Made by a program: the position numbers and the translations under genes
From: a virus
DNA: 64,000 bases
Reading direction: 5' to 3' (one strand)
Virus record (IMG/VR): IMGVR_UViG_3300024346_000039
Coordinates: 11,587 to 75,586 of that record
Notes under the pieces: model-generated
What the model was told of the DNA's origin: nothing
What the model saw: only the letters and a program-made list of their open reading frames with translations
Databases searched by the model: none
Shown here: positions 1 through 9,472 of the stretch, piece after piece
Layout: each line of letters begins with the position of its first letter
Numbering within the stretch: the stretch's first letter is position 1

Positions 1-3000
1 TGGGAAAAGGCTCAGACAGAGTTCCAGACTGCTATGTCTGATTACGAACAAAAGGCTGCTGACTTTGCTACTGCAAAGGCAATTCAAGATGCTCTTGCTG
101 GAAAGAAAGTTGATTTAGATAAAGTTGTTGCTGATGCAAAGGGTGCTGCAAAGCCAAACCCAGATGGACAGCAAGAATCTGAAAAGAGCGAAGCATCTAC
201 AGAACCAGCAATTATTGACTTTGAAAGTGCTGGAACATACCCACAAGGCAAGATGAAGTTAATGCCTCGTGAATGGGCAGCAGACGATGCAAACACAACA
301 CTACTTCCTCGTGAAGATATTCGTATGAAAGACCTTTTGCCAGGTGACTTTATGACATCTGCTAGCGGCGACCATATGTATCAAATCGTTGCTGTTCGCG
401 CTGGTGAAGACTTTGGTTTCCAAGCAGGAAAAGTTCGTGCATATCGCGCTGACCTTGAAAATGGCGAAACTCATATGATTGAGTATTGGCAAAATACAAG
501 ATTAGATGGCGTTCGTCGTCCTAAGAATCCAGACGACCTACTTCTTCCAGAAGATACAACAGATTCTCCAATTAATGACAGTGCCACTGAAGGCGAGTCA
601 TCTAATCAATACGTTCCAGTTTCTACAGGAAGTGCAACTGTTAAGGTTGAGCCATCAGAAGATGGTAGATACAAGATGGTTGCTACATTCTTTGATGACA
701 ATGGAGACGTTGCTTATCAGGTAGAAGATTCTTACCGCACTCGTGAAGGCGCTGAGGCTGAAGGCAAGGCTCTTATTCAAGACCATGTTCGTTCTACAGA
801 GGCACAGAAAGCCAAGGAGCAAGGCGAAGAAGCCACTAAGCAAGAGGACACTCCTGTATCTCGTGGAACAGTTCCAGCCAACGCTGACAGTGCTCCTCAG
901 CGTGTTGAAATCTCAGACTTGCCTGGTGGATTTACTGGAGACATTCAAATTACTCCATCATCTCCAGATAAAGATAAGCCTGAATACACATCAGACTCTG
1001 CTCTTATAGATTCAGATGGAGATGTCATTGATGTTCAAAAGACAGTCCATACCTCTCGCTCAGAAGCAGAGTCAAGTGGACGCGAGTTTATTAGTCGTTC
1101 AGCAGATGCATATTCTTCAGCAGAAGTTCCTGAAGATTTAGGAAAGAAGTCTTCTAAACCACGCAAGGTTAGCCCAGAGCGTCAAGCAGAGTTGGATGCA
1201 ATTCGTATTAGTAACGATGCTGTTCTTGATTCCACAGGTTTGCTTCCTAATACAGATGCAAAAGACCTACGAGTTGGTGACTTTATTAAGCACAATGTTA
1301 ATAAAGTTTATGAAGAAATTGTTGAGATTTATCAGCATCCAACTGAAAAAGGTAAGTTGCTATTCCGCGTTCGTGACCCACGAGACGGAAACATTTACGA
1401 GCGTAAATTTGACAAGGGCTCTGACATTACAAACCCACGTCGCCCTGGCATTGAAGACCAGACAACAGAGGAAGCAAACAAGAGAGCAACCGCGCCAGAA
1501 GATGCTGAAAAGAGCAAGAGAAAAGGCCGTGGTTATGGAAAGAGAAGTTCTCGTTACAGTGACCGCGTAATTGTTGATGCTGCGGTAAAACTTAATCCAC
1601 AGGCTCGTGCCAATGCTGGTCGTTACGAAGACCGTATGGGTAATCAACTAAAGCCAGCAGATGAAGTTGGATTTGCAGAGGCTACACGAGTAGTTCACGT
1701 TTCTCAGAACTTCCGTGACAAGGTTGGAAACCAGGTTGGAACAGTTATTAACTTCTCTGGCGACCAGAAGCACGGTGGAGATGTTCGTGATGGTGTTGTA
1801 TATCTAGACTTTATCTTTGTTCAATTCCCACCTTCAGAAGAACATCCAAATGGAGTTATTCGTAAGTGGCAAGCAAACAACGTATTCCCTGTTGGCCCTA
1901 ATGGAGAGATTCCAAAGGCATTTGAAGGACCTAGAAATCAAAGACCTCCTAAATTAGAGTACGAAACTCCTGAATCAGGCGAGGAAGTTATTCTTAACCA
2001 AGCCTTCCGCCCTGAAACAAAAGATGATGCTACCCCTGCTCCTACTTCTACATCGAAACCAGAAGCAGAGCCAACTACTGAAAAGCCTAAGTTTGTCAAA
2101 ATGACTCCTGAAGAAAAACTTCAGTATAAAAAAGATAGAGTAGAAGGAATTCAAGCCTCTGTTGTTGACAGAATTTTTGATGACCTAGACAACACTACCG
2201 ACCTTCAGTGGGCAGCAAAGTGGACTGGCATCCTTGGAGACCTTCCATACAATATTTTGACTGGAAATGCGTATAATGGAATTAACCCATTTATTTTGTA
2301 TTTTTCAAAAGAAGATAAAGGATACTCTTCAAATCGTTGGATAGGCAAGAAACAAGCCGAGAAATTCAATGGCGTTCTTAAGCCAGATGAAAAACCAACT
2401 TACATCATTACAGTAACTCCATCAAAAATTGTGTATAAAAAAGATGCTGATGGCAAAGATACTGATGAAATTGCATACAGAACAAGACAAAACTACGGCT
2501 ACGCTGAGGTTTATAACGTAGACCAGTTTGAGACTATTGACCTACCACCTGTCCCAGAAATCCCAAAGATTGAAGCGTCAGAGGCTGAAGAAGAAATTCT
2601 TAAGCGCTACAAAGACCATCCACCAATTGAGTTTGTAAAGATGGCTCCAGGACAAAGCCCTCACTACACGTTTGATAAGGATATAATTAAACTTCCTGAA
2701 AGAGGTCAATATGGTGATGACCAATTAGGATTTATTAAAACCCTTCTTCACGAACTTTCACACAGTTCAGGTCATAAAGACCGCTTAGACCGTTCAGAGT
2801 TATTTGATAGGATTAAGATTGAAGCAGGTCTTCGTATTGATAACGGTCCAAACAGAGCAACAGAAGAACTTATGGCAGAAATTGCTGCTGCAATTATTGG
2901 TGCCAGACTTGGTTTAGAACTAGACACGAAACACACGTCAGCATATATTAAGTCATGGATTCGTGCACTTAATAATAATAGGTCTGCAATTATTGATGCT

Positions 3001-3114
3001 GCTAGCGCTGCTGCTAAAATTGCTGATTACATTCTTGAAGGTAAAAAACCAGGCTCTGGCGTAGGTAGATACGGCAAAACTGGCGATGAAATCGCTCAAG
3101 AAGAAAACGAATAG
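1..3114 (+). CDS. C-terminal part of a giant polyvalent protein with ArdC-N (DUF1738-like) ssDNA-binding and MPTase zincin domains (5' truncated)
   Basis: Frame is open from base 1 (WEKAQTEFQTAM...). ArdC-like W..W....PYN..TG..Y.GIN...L and SNRW...KQA motifs. HELSHSSGH (HExxH), EELMAE and AYIKSW motifs typical of the ArdC/MPTase C-domain. Confidence 0.8.
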   Translation, partial: WEKAQTEFQTAMSDYEQKAADFATAKAIQDALAGKKVDLDKVVADAKGAAKPNPDGQQESEKSEASTEPAIIDFESAGTYPQGKMKLMPREWAADDANTTLLPREDIRMKDLLPGDFMTSASGDHMYQIVAVRAGEDFGFQAGKVRAYRADLENGETHMIEYWQNTRLDGVRRPKNPDDLLLPEDTTDSPINDSATEGESSNQYVPVSTGSATVKVEPSEDGRYKMVATFFDDNGDVAYQVEDSYRTREGAEAEGKALIQDHVRSTEAQKAKEQGEEATKQEDTPVSRGTVPANADSAPQRVEISDLPGGFTGDIQITPSSPDKDKPEYTSDSALIDSDGDVIDVQKTVHTSRSEAESSGREFISRSADAYSSAEVPEDLGKKSSKPRKVSPERQAELDAIRISNDAVLDSTGLLPNTDAKDLRVGDFIKHNVNKVYEEIVEIYQHPTEKGKLLFRVRDPRDGNIYERKFDKGSDITNPRRPGIEDQTTEEANKRATAPEDAEKSKRKGRGYGKRSSRYSDRVIVDAAVKLNPQARANAGRYEDRMGNQLKPADEVGFAEATRVVHVSQNFRDKVGNQVGTVINFSGDQKHGGDVRDGVVYLDFIFVQFPPSEEHPNGVIRKWQANNVFPVGPNGEIPKAFEGPRNQRPPKLEYETPESGEEVILNQAFRPETKDDATPAPTSTSKPEAEPTTEKPKFVKMTPEEKLQYKKDRVEGIQASVVDRIFDDLDNTTDLQWAAKWTGILGDLPYNILTGNAYNGINPFILYFSKEDKGYSSNRWIGKKQAEKFNGVLKPDEKPTYIITVTPSKIVYKKDADGKDTDEIAYRTRQNYGYAEVYNVDQFETIDLPPVPEIPKIEASEAEEEILKRYKDHPPIEFVKMAPGQSPHYTFDKDIIKLPERGQYGDDQLGFIKTLLHELSHSSGHKDRLDRSELFDRIKIEAGLRIDNGPNRATEELMAEIAAAIIGARLGLELDTKHTSAYIKSWIRALNNNRSAIIDAASAAAKIADYILEGKKPGSGVGRYGKTGDEIAQEENE

Positions 3115-3124
3115 GAGAGATAAA

Positions 3125-3307
3125 ATGACAGTAGAGTTCGAAAACCCGTACACAAAAGAGGAGTTAACTCCTGAACTAATAGCAAAACTTGATGAGCCAA
3201 TTGTTTTGGACATCGGGTTTAACGAGTCAGATGCAGAGTTGCTCGATTCTATGGCAGATGAGCCAGAAGAAGAGATAACTGAAGAAGACCTTGAGGAGGT
3301 TAAGTAA
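3125..3307 (+). CDS. Small highly acidic protein (60 aa)
   Basis: AGGAGAG RBS before ATG 3125. 22 of 60 residues are D/E. Stop overlaps the next start (TAATG). Confidence 0.7.
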   Translation: MTVEFENPYTKEELTPELIAKLDEPIVLDIGFNESDAELLDSMADEPEEEITEEDLEEVK

Positions 3308-3597
3308 TGACTTTTACACCAGAAAAGCCAGAATACATTGACTCCCTATGGGCTCAGTTGGACCCTGAACTAGATGAAGTTGTCACTATTTTCTATAGGT
3401 CTGACGAAGGTCTTTTTTATCGTGAAGACGGTAACTGGAATGAGATGACAGGACCGACTCCAGAAGAAGATGAAAACGACGAAATTTATTTTATAGATTC
3501 AAAGTTTATTTCTGTTTATGACGAATCGGAAAAGGCTGGAGATGCCATTGGCATTGATGCTTTAAAAGAATACATAAAAGAATATAAGGTAGGTTAA
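3307..3597 (+). CDS. Small acidic hypothetical protein (96 aa)
   Basis: GAGGAGG RBS, translational coupling, acidic composition, FYREDGNW motif. Confidence 0.75.
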   Translation: MTFTPEKPEYIDSLWAQLDPELDEVVTIFYRSDEGLFYREDGNWNEMTGPTPEEDENDEIYFIDSKFISVYDESEKAGDAIGIDALKEYIKEYKVG

Positions 3598-3599
3598 AA

Positions 3600-6500
3600 A
3601 TGAAGTTCGTAGGTCGCAAAGGCGATGAAGTCTTATTTGTAATTGATAATCAGGCTGTTTTTGTCAATGAAAAGCAGAATGTTGTATCAAACATAGACAG
3701 TGCTTCTACAGTGCTGGCTTCATTCGTCCCAGAAGGGCATCAAGATAAGCCTGACTCTGTGCCTTACGAACTTGCTTTGGCTGCAACAACAGATTTAGAT
3801 ATTAAAGTCTTCTCAAACAATGACCGTATGTACACGATTCCAGACGCTGTTAAGGCTGAAGCAAAGCGTGCAATCGAGTGGCGTAAAGAGCATAACCGTG
3901 GTGGAACACCAGTTGGTATGAATACTGCCCGCACTCTTGCTAAGGGTGGACAAATTGGTATTAGAAAGATTCGCCACATCGCAAAGTATTTCCCACGCCA
4001 CGAAGTGGATAAGAAAGGCACTGGCTACAAACCAGGACAAAAGAACTACCCTTCAAATGGTCGTATTGCTTGGGCACTTTGGGGCGGAGATGCCGCAGAG
4101 CGTTGGGCATCAGCAATTGTTGAACGTGAAAATAAAAAGGCTCAAGCAAATTCAATTACTGCTTCATACCGACACATTATGTCTGAGCAGAATGACCCTA
4201 CAGCAATAGAGTTAAGTGCATTTGAACTCGCTCGAATTCTTCCGCAAGGGCTTGCTCCAGAATTTTTTATTCGTATCCGTTTAGATGGAGCAGGTATTGA
4301 CCGCCTCTATAAAACAGAGCCAACAGGAGAAGTCTCTGTTTGGGATGATGGAATGTGGGAAGACCTTGGAAACATCAACCACGACTTCCTTACCTACGAC
4401 AAGTCATTAGATGATGCTTCAGATACTGTAGAAAAAATTCACCTTCCTGTAGATATTGACTCTGCTATTGCAATCTCTGGAATGTTTGATGTTGACCCAT
4501 ATAAGTATGTGGGAGTTACTCAAGTAAATCCTGAAGAATCAGGGCTTGTCTCCGAAGCAGTGGATTATGTTGACTGGAATGAAATTGATTTAATATCTAT
4601 GGGCGAGAGTCCAGAGTATGCCGATATTGAAATGCTTTCTGATGAAGAGGCTATGTTTGCTGTTGGCGCACCAGTTGCAGCACCTGCACAAGCAGACGCA
4701 CCTACTGGAGAAGTTAAAAAGGGTGATGGACAATACACACCAGCAGAGCGCTCAAAAAACGCTAGCGGACAGGTTCGAAACAAACTAGGTATGTTTGCTA
4801 AGGCTGGTTCACAAGTTGTTATTGGTGGCAAATCTAAATACACAGGCAAGATTGTTGGAATGAATGCTGATACTCAGACTGTTCGTGTTGAGTTGGAAAA
4901 TGGCATCACTGTAGATGTTCCAGGAAACCTTACTCAAGAAGCAGAAGGATTTGTAGAAGCACCAGAAGCATCTGCTCCAACTCCAGAGCAAGCAAAAGCG
5001 CTAACTCGTAATATTCTTGGAGAGCCAAAGCCTCCTGCCGATAAAGCAAGTGCTCGTCTTTCAGAGCGTATGTCAACTATGACACCTCAGCAGACAGCAA
5101 CTGTTGTTAGCGATTACCCTAACTTTGTTGGTGGAGAGCGTTCTGCAAATCTTAAAGCAACTGCTCAAGCACCAGCAGCCCCTGCTGCACCTGCCACACC
5201 TCTTACTGCAAAGACCGCGTATCAAACTCCTAATGCATACAACAATCCATTACTAAGAGCGTTTCTTGAGAAGAAGGTTGTTTCTCCTACAGGTGAAGTA
5301 AGTTACCCGAACGCGATTTGGTATCGTCCTGACCTTGCTGGTATCAATCCTAACGAAGTAGAGTCATACAAAGACAATATTTCTAGCGTTGATAAATTTA
5401 TTAAAAACCAAGAAGCAGCACCTCTTATGACTAGCCCTGCAATGCAGCAGCCAGCAAAGGGATTCTCCAAACCAACTGCTCAGCCAGCCGCTCCAGCAAA
5501 AACTGTATCTACAAATAAAACACTTCCTAATGGCGTAGTCCAAAGTGGTACACCACAGGCTCCAATCTATACAGCAATGATTAATGGTTTCCCTGTAGAA
5601 ACAAATAAAGATGGGGAACCTATTAAGGGTGTCTACCTAGAAGTTCCTGAAGAAGGCGTTAAATATGCTGGTGCTCTAGTTAAACGAGGAGAGTCTTATG
5701 GCGCTCTTAGGGAAACTGGTGAATTAGGAACTCCTAAAGAAAAATACGACAAAAATTATGACGGAATTAGAGAGTATAAGGCTGCTGATGGAACTATTTA
5801 TTACGGACGCAGAGGCGTTGTAGTTCCTCCTGGCAAGATGATGACATCTGCTGGAAGTATTGTTGACAAGCCTAAGACTGCATCAGCAATGATTGCTTCT
5901 GCTGAGAATGTTGAACTCACTCCAGATACATCAGATGTGCCACCAGTCTATATGGCGGTTGTTGCACCAGATGACGCTCAGGCTGTGATGGACCTTATTT
6001 CGCTTGTACCAAAAAGTTCTCAGTCAGAAACTCCTACAACATTTAAGCGTAAAGAAGGTAAGTGGATTAAGGATGAAGCAATTCTTAATGACTTAAATAG
6101 TCCTACACCACCTCCTGTAGTAGTTCTTGACAATACAACTTTGGGAGATGTTTTAGAACAAATTGATGGTCCAGATGCTGCAACTGCTTCAGCAATCGTT
6201 GAGACAATGATGGCTGCTGGCGGTCTTGATAAGAACCGTGGTAATGCAGAAGAACTTCGTCAATACTGGCTTCGCGGAAAAGGTGCAGCAAAGATTCGTT
6301 GGAATACTCCAGGAGACTGGACACGCTGCGTCCGTCAACTTTCTAAATATATGGGTCCTCGTGCCAAAGGCTACTGCGCTCTTCGTCACAAGGAAGCCAC
6401 TGGTATGTGGGCTGGTGATAAAGAAAATCGTCAGATGGGCAAAGTCACTGCAAGTGGAAAACTTTTATATAGTAATGATTTTATTATTCCAAGCAGTTCT

Positions 6501-9302
6501 GTTATTGCATCTGCCGAATGGCGTGCACAGCAGGTAGAGTCTGCTCCTACTGGAGAAAAAGGCGCACCATTCTTTATCCCTCTAGTAATTCCAGAAGGTA
6601 TTGAATCTGGAGATGGACGTAAGTTTGATAAGGGAGTAATCACAATGCGTGAACTTCCTCTTCCTTTAATGTGGCAAATTGCTACTGGCGAGGGACATTC
6701 TGGGTCAGTTGTTGTGGGCAAGATTACCGAAATGGAAAGAACAGAAAACGGTATCGGAAATGCTCGTGGCTGGTTTGATACTGGAGAGCACGGAAAAGAA
6801 GCGGAAAGACTGGTTCGCGGCGGGTTTATCCGTGGCGTCTCCGCTGATATGGATAATTTTGAAGCAGATGAAGAAACAAATGCTTCAGAAACTGACTCTG
6901 ACAAGAAGGTCGGAGCAGGTAAAATGAAGATAACAAAGGCAAGAGTTATGGCTGTAACTATTGTCCCAAAGCCAGCGTTTCAGGAATGCACCATTAAGAT
7001 TGCTGAAGCAAAGGCACCAGAGCAGGAGGAAAAAGCAATGCTATCTGACGGTGTATATGTCGAAGGTGTAAACCCTCTCGACGCATCAGCACTTGTCGCT
7101 TGTGGACTCGTTGCTGGAATGATTCCAGTAACTCCACCAAAAGAGTGGTTCGACAACCCTAAGTTGACAAAGCCAACTGCTCTGACAGTAACTGATGATG
7201 GAAAAGTTTATGGTCACATTGCCGCATGGCACGTTGACCACATTGGAATGGCTTTTGGAACAAAGCCACCTCGTAGCCGTAGTAACTACGCCTACTTCCA
7301 CACAGGAGTTGTAAAGACTGAAGAAGGAACAGATGTTCCTGTTGGTCAACTAACTCTTGCTGGTGGACACGCTTCACTAGAAGCATCTGCATCAGAGGCA
7401 GTTCGTCACTATGACGACACAGCATCTGCTATTGCTGATGTTCATGCTGGTGAAGATGCTTATGGCATCTGGGTTTCAGGAGCACTTCGTCCAGGAACAA
7501 CACCAGAGCAGATTCGCTCACTCCGTGCATCAGCACCATCAGGAGACTGGCGCCCAATTAAGGGTGGACTTGAACTTGTTGCAGTATGCCAAGTAAATGT
7601 TCCAGGATTCCCAATCGCTCGTGCCCGTGTTGCATCAGGTCAGGTAATGGCTTTGGTTGCAGCAGGTGCAAGTGTTCTTGCACAACTAAAGCACGACCCA
7701 CTAGCAGATATCCAGGCTCGCCTAGACCGCGTTGAGTCAGTAACAACTGAACCACTAGTTGCTGCTGCTAATGAAGCAAAGGCTCGTATGGAATCAATGA
7801 CTGCTGCTGTAAAAGCAGGAGAACTTTCAAAGCGCTTTAAGAGTATTAAGGATGCAGATTCTTTTTACATGACTCAGATGCTGGACGACGACACAACTGA
7901 GTTGGCAATAATCCCACGTCGTGAACGTATTAAATTGGCTGAACAAGGAAAGGCACTTAAGGATGGCTCTTTCCCGATTCGTAACGAAAGCGATTTGCGT
8001 AATGCAATTCACGCTTTTGGTCGTGCTAAGCCAGGAAAGCGTGGACTAGTTCGTCGCCATATTGTTAAAATGGCTCGCGCTCTAGACCGTAAGGACCTTG
8101 TTCCTGAAGCATGGAAAGAAGCATCAGACACTACTGTAACTGCAAGTTTGCGTGAAAGAATTGCAATTGTAGAAGCAGTTTTAGCAGCAGGAGATATTAA
8201 AGAACTCCCTTTCGTTGAGGGGGGCCAGGCACCAGTATCAGCAGACTCTGCTGACGCTTGTCCCCCTGCAACGGGAGACATCTCTATCAACCTAGCCAAT
8301 CGCCAGAAGGCAATTGACAATGGTGGATATGGCCCACTAAATCCGCAAGAACCAAACGATGAGTTTTGGCAAGAAAAAGCAACTCGTTGGTCTGTAGATA
8401 TTCAAGAGGCTAAGAAGTCTGTATGTGGTAACTGCGTAATGTTCATCCGCACTCCAAAAATGTTGGACTGCATCTCTGCTGGTTTAGAAGCAGGGGACTC
8501 AAGCAAGAACAATGCTTGGGATGCTATTGATACAGCAGAACTTGGTTACTGCGAAGCATTTGATTTTAAGTGTGCAGCATCTCGCACTTGCGATGCTTGG
8601 GTAGTTGGTGGACCAATTACTGCGGCAGCAGATGAAGCAGAGGCTCCTGCTAAAACTCCTGCACCTATGGGTGTTGAACAGCCAGCAGTTGAAATTACTG
8701 ATAAAGATATTGCAGACTTGTCAGATGAAGAACTTAAGATTCTAAAGCAAGAACTTAAGAAGAAGCGTCTATCAGAGCGCAAAATTGATGGAAAGTATGT
8801 TCCTGGAAAGACTCAGCCAAGAGATACTTCAGGAAAATTCCGCACTGTGCTAGCAAGACTTAAGGCAGACCTAGGACCAAATGGTTCTGCCCAGGCGCTT
8901 GCCAAGATTGAGAAGGCAGAGCAATTAGACAATGCTGGTAATTATCTAGCATCTGCTAAGGCCGCTGGCGACCTTCTTGGAATGGTTGACCGTTTGGACG
9001 CAGGGGCTCTAAATGCTGAATCTCTAGAAAATGTCAGAACTACAGCACAAGCGTTGGGCAAGACCATTGCCAACCTACCTTTTGCCTTCGGAAAAGACGC
9101 TCAAAAAATTCGTTTTTCTGATGTCCCACCCGTTCTTCAAGACTTAATGCGAGATATGATTACCCGCGTAGAAGACAAAATTGGTGATAAGGACGCGGCT
9201 GAGGCTACGCAAGGGCTAAAGACTTTTATGTCTGGTGGAGACTATTTCAACCAGGGAGAGATATCTAGCCAGATGTCTAAACTCCTCCGCTTACTTACCT
9301 AA
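3600..9302 (+). CDS. Multidomain capsid maturation (prohead) protease, 1900 aa
   Basis: Directly upstream of the capsid gene. Protease-like core (EGIESGDGR, LPLPLMWQ...GHSG.VVVG, GVSADMD, TIVPKPAF) plus a second protease-like unit (GHIAAW...SGDWR...VNVPGFP) and several accessory domains. Confidence 0.8.
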   Translation: MKFVGRKGDEVLFVIDNQAVFVNEKQNVVSNIDSASTVLASFVPEGHQDKPDSVPYELALAATTDLDIKVFSNNDRMYTIPDAVKAEAKRAIEWRKEHNRGGTPVGMNTARTLAKGGQIGIRKIRHIAKYFPRHEVDKKGTGYKPGQKNYPSNGRIAWALWGGDAAERWASAIVERENKKAQANSITASYRHIMSEQNDPTAIELSAFELARILPQGLAPEFFIRIRLDGAGIDRLYKTEPTGEVSVWDDGMWEDLGNINHDFLTYDKSLDDASDTVEKIHLPVDIDSAIAISGMFDVDPYKYVGVTQVNPEESGLVSEAVDYVDWNEIDLISMGESPEYADIEMLSDEEAMFAVGAPVAAPAQADAPTGEVKKGDGQYTPAERSKNASGQVRNKLGMFAKAGSQVVIGGKSKYTGKIVGMNADTQTVRVELENGITVDVPGNLTQEAEGFVEAPEASAPTPEQAKALTRNILGEPKPPADKASARLSERMSTMTPQQTATVVSDYPNFVGGERSANLKATAQAPAAPAAPATPLTAKTAYQTPNAYNNPLLRAFLEKKVVSPTGEVSYPNAIWYRPDLAGINPNEVESYKDNISSVDKFIKNQEAAPLMTSPAMQQPAKGFSKPTAQPAAPAKTVSTNKTLPNGVVQSGTPQAPIYTAMINGFPVETNKDGEPIKGVYLEVPEEGVKYAGALVKRGESYGALRETGELGTPKEKYDKNYDGIREYKAADGTIYYGRRGVVVPPGKMMTSAGSIVDKPKTASAMIASAENVELTPDTSDVPPVYMAVVAPDDAQAVMDLISLVPKSSQSETPTTFKRKEGKWIKDEAILNDLNSPTPPPVVVLDNTTLGDVLEQIDGPDAATASAIVETMMAAGGLDKNRGNAEELRQYWLRGKGAAKIRWNTPGDWTRCVRQLSKYMGPRAKGYCALRHKEATGMWAGDKENRQMGKVTASGKLLYSNDFIIPSSSVIASAEWRAQQVESAPTGEKGAPFFIPLVIPEGIESGDGRKFDKGVITMRELPLPLMWQIATGEGHSGSVVVGKITEMERTENGIGNARGWFDTGEHGKEAERLVRGGFIRGVSADMDNFEADEETNASETDSDKKVGAGKMKITKARVMAVTIVPKPAFQECTIKIAEAKAPEQEEKAMLSDGVYVEGVNPLDASALVACGLVAGMIPVTPPKEWFDNPKLTKPTALTVTDDGKVYGHIAAWHVDHIGMAFGTKPPRSRSNYAYFHTGVVKTEEGTDVPVGQLTLAGGHASLEASASEAVRHYDDTASAIADVHAGEDAYGIWVSGALRPGTTPEQIRSLRASAPSGDWRPIKGGLELVAVCQVNVPGFPIARARVASGQVMALVAAGASVLAQLKHDPLADIQARLDRVESVTTEPLVAAANEAKARMESMTAAVKAGELSKRFKSIKDADSFYMTQMLDDDTTELAIIPRRERIKLAEQGKALKDGSFPIRNESDLRNAIHAFGRAKPGKRGLVRRHIVKMARALDRKDLVPEAWKEASDTTVTASLRERIAIVEAVLAAGDIKELPFVEGGQAPVSADSADACPPATGDISINLANRQKAIDNGGYGPLNPQEPNDEFWQEKATRWSVDIQEAKKSVCGNCVMFIRTPKMLDCISAGLEAGDSSKNNAWDAIDTAELGYCEAFDFKCAASRTCDAWVVGGPITAAADEAEAPAKTPAPMGVEQPAVEITDKDIADLSDEELKILKQELKKKRLSERKIDGKYVPGKTQPRDTSGKFRTVLARLKADLGPNGSAQALAKIEKAEQLDNAGNYLASAKAAGDLLGMVDRLDAGALNAESLENVRTTAQALGKTIANLPFAFGKDAQKIRFSDVPPVLQDLMRDMITRVEDKIGDKDAAEATQGLKTFMSGGDYFNQGEISSQMSKLLRLLT

Positions 9303-9367
9303 GTTCTATAAAAATCGTACAAAACTAAAAATCACAGTAATAAAACTAATGTAATATTCAGTATTAG

Positions 9368-9472
9368 GTGGAGTGCCTCCACGCATCTATTGCGTATTGG
9401 AGTCCCTCGGCCTCGACTGACAGCGAGACAGGAATTATTAGCCTGTCGTGACTGGCCCAGAGGAGGGACAGT
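9368..9472 (+). promoter_or_regulatory. Structured 5' leader of the major capsid gene that occludes the RBS
   Basis: Complementary segments GTGGAG/CTCCAC, ACGCA/TGCGT, GTCCCTC/GAGGGAC (overlapping SD AGGAGG 9461-9466), GGCC/GGCC and GACAGG/CCTGTC. AT-rich upstream region with TAATAT -10 candidate. Confidence 0.55.

Noticed and set aside
310-1300. KDLLPGD / KDLRVGD as intein (Hint) motifs
   Set aside because: No N-terminal Cys/Ser block or C-terminal HN; better explained as SH3/KOW-like units.
3086-3124. Longer upstream starts given in the ORF track (3086, 23763, 28733, 29271, 36401)
   Set aside because: Downstream starts have better RBS, stop-start coupling or leaderless geometry.
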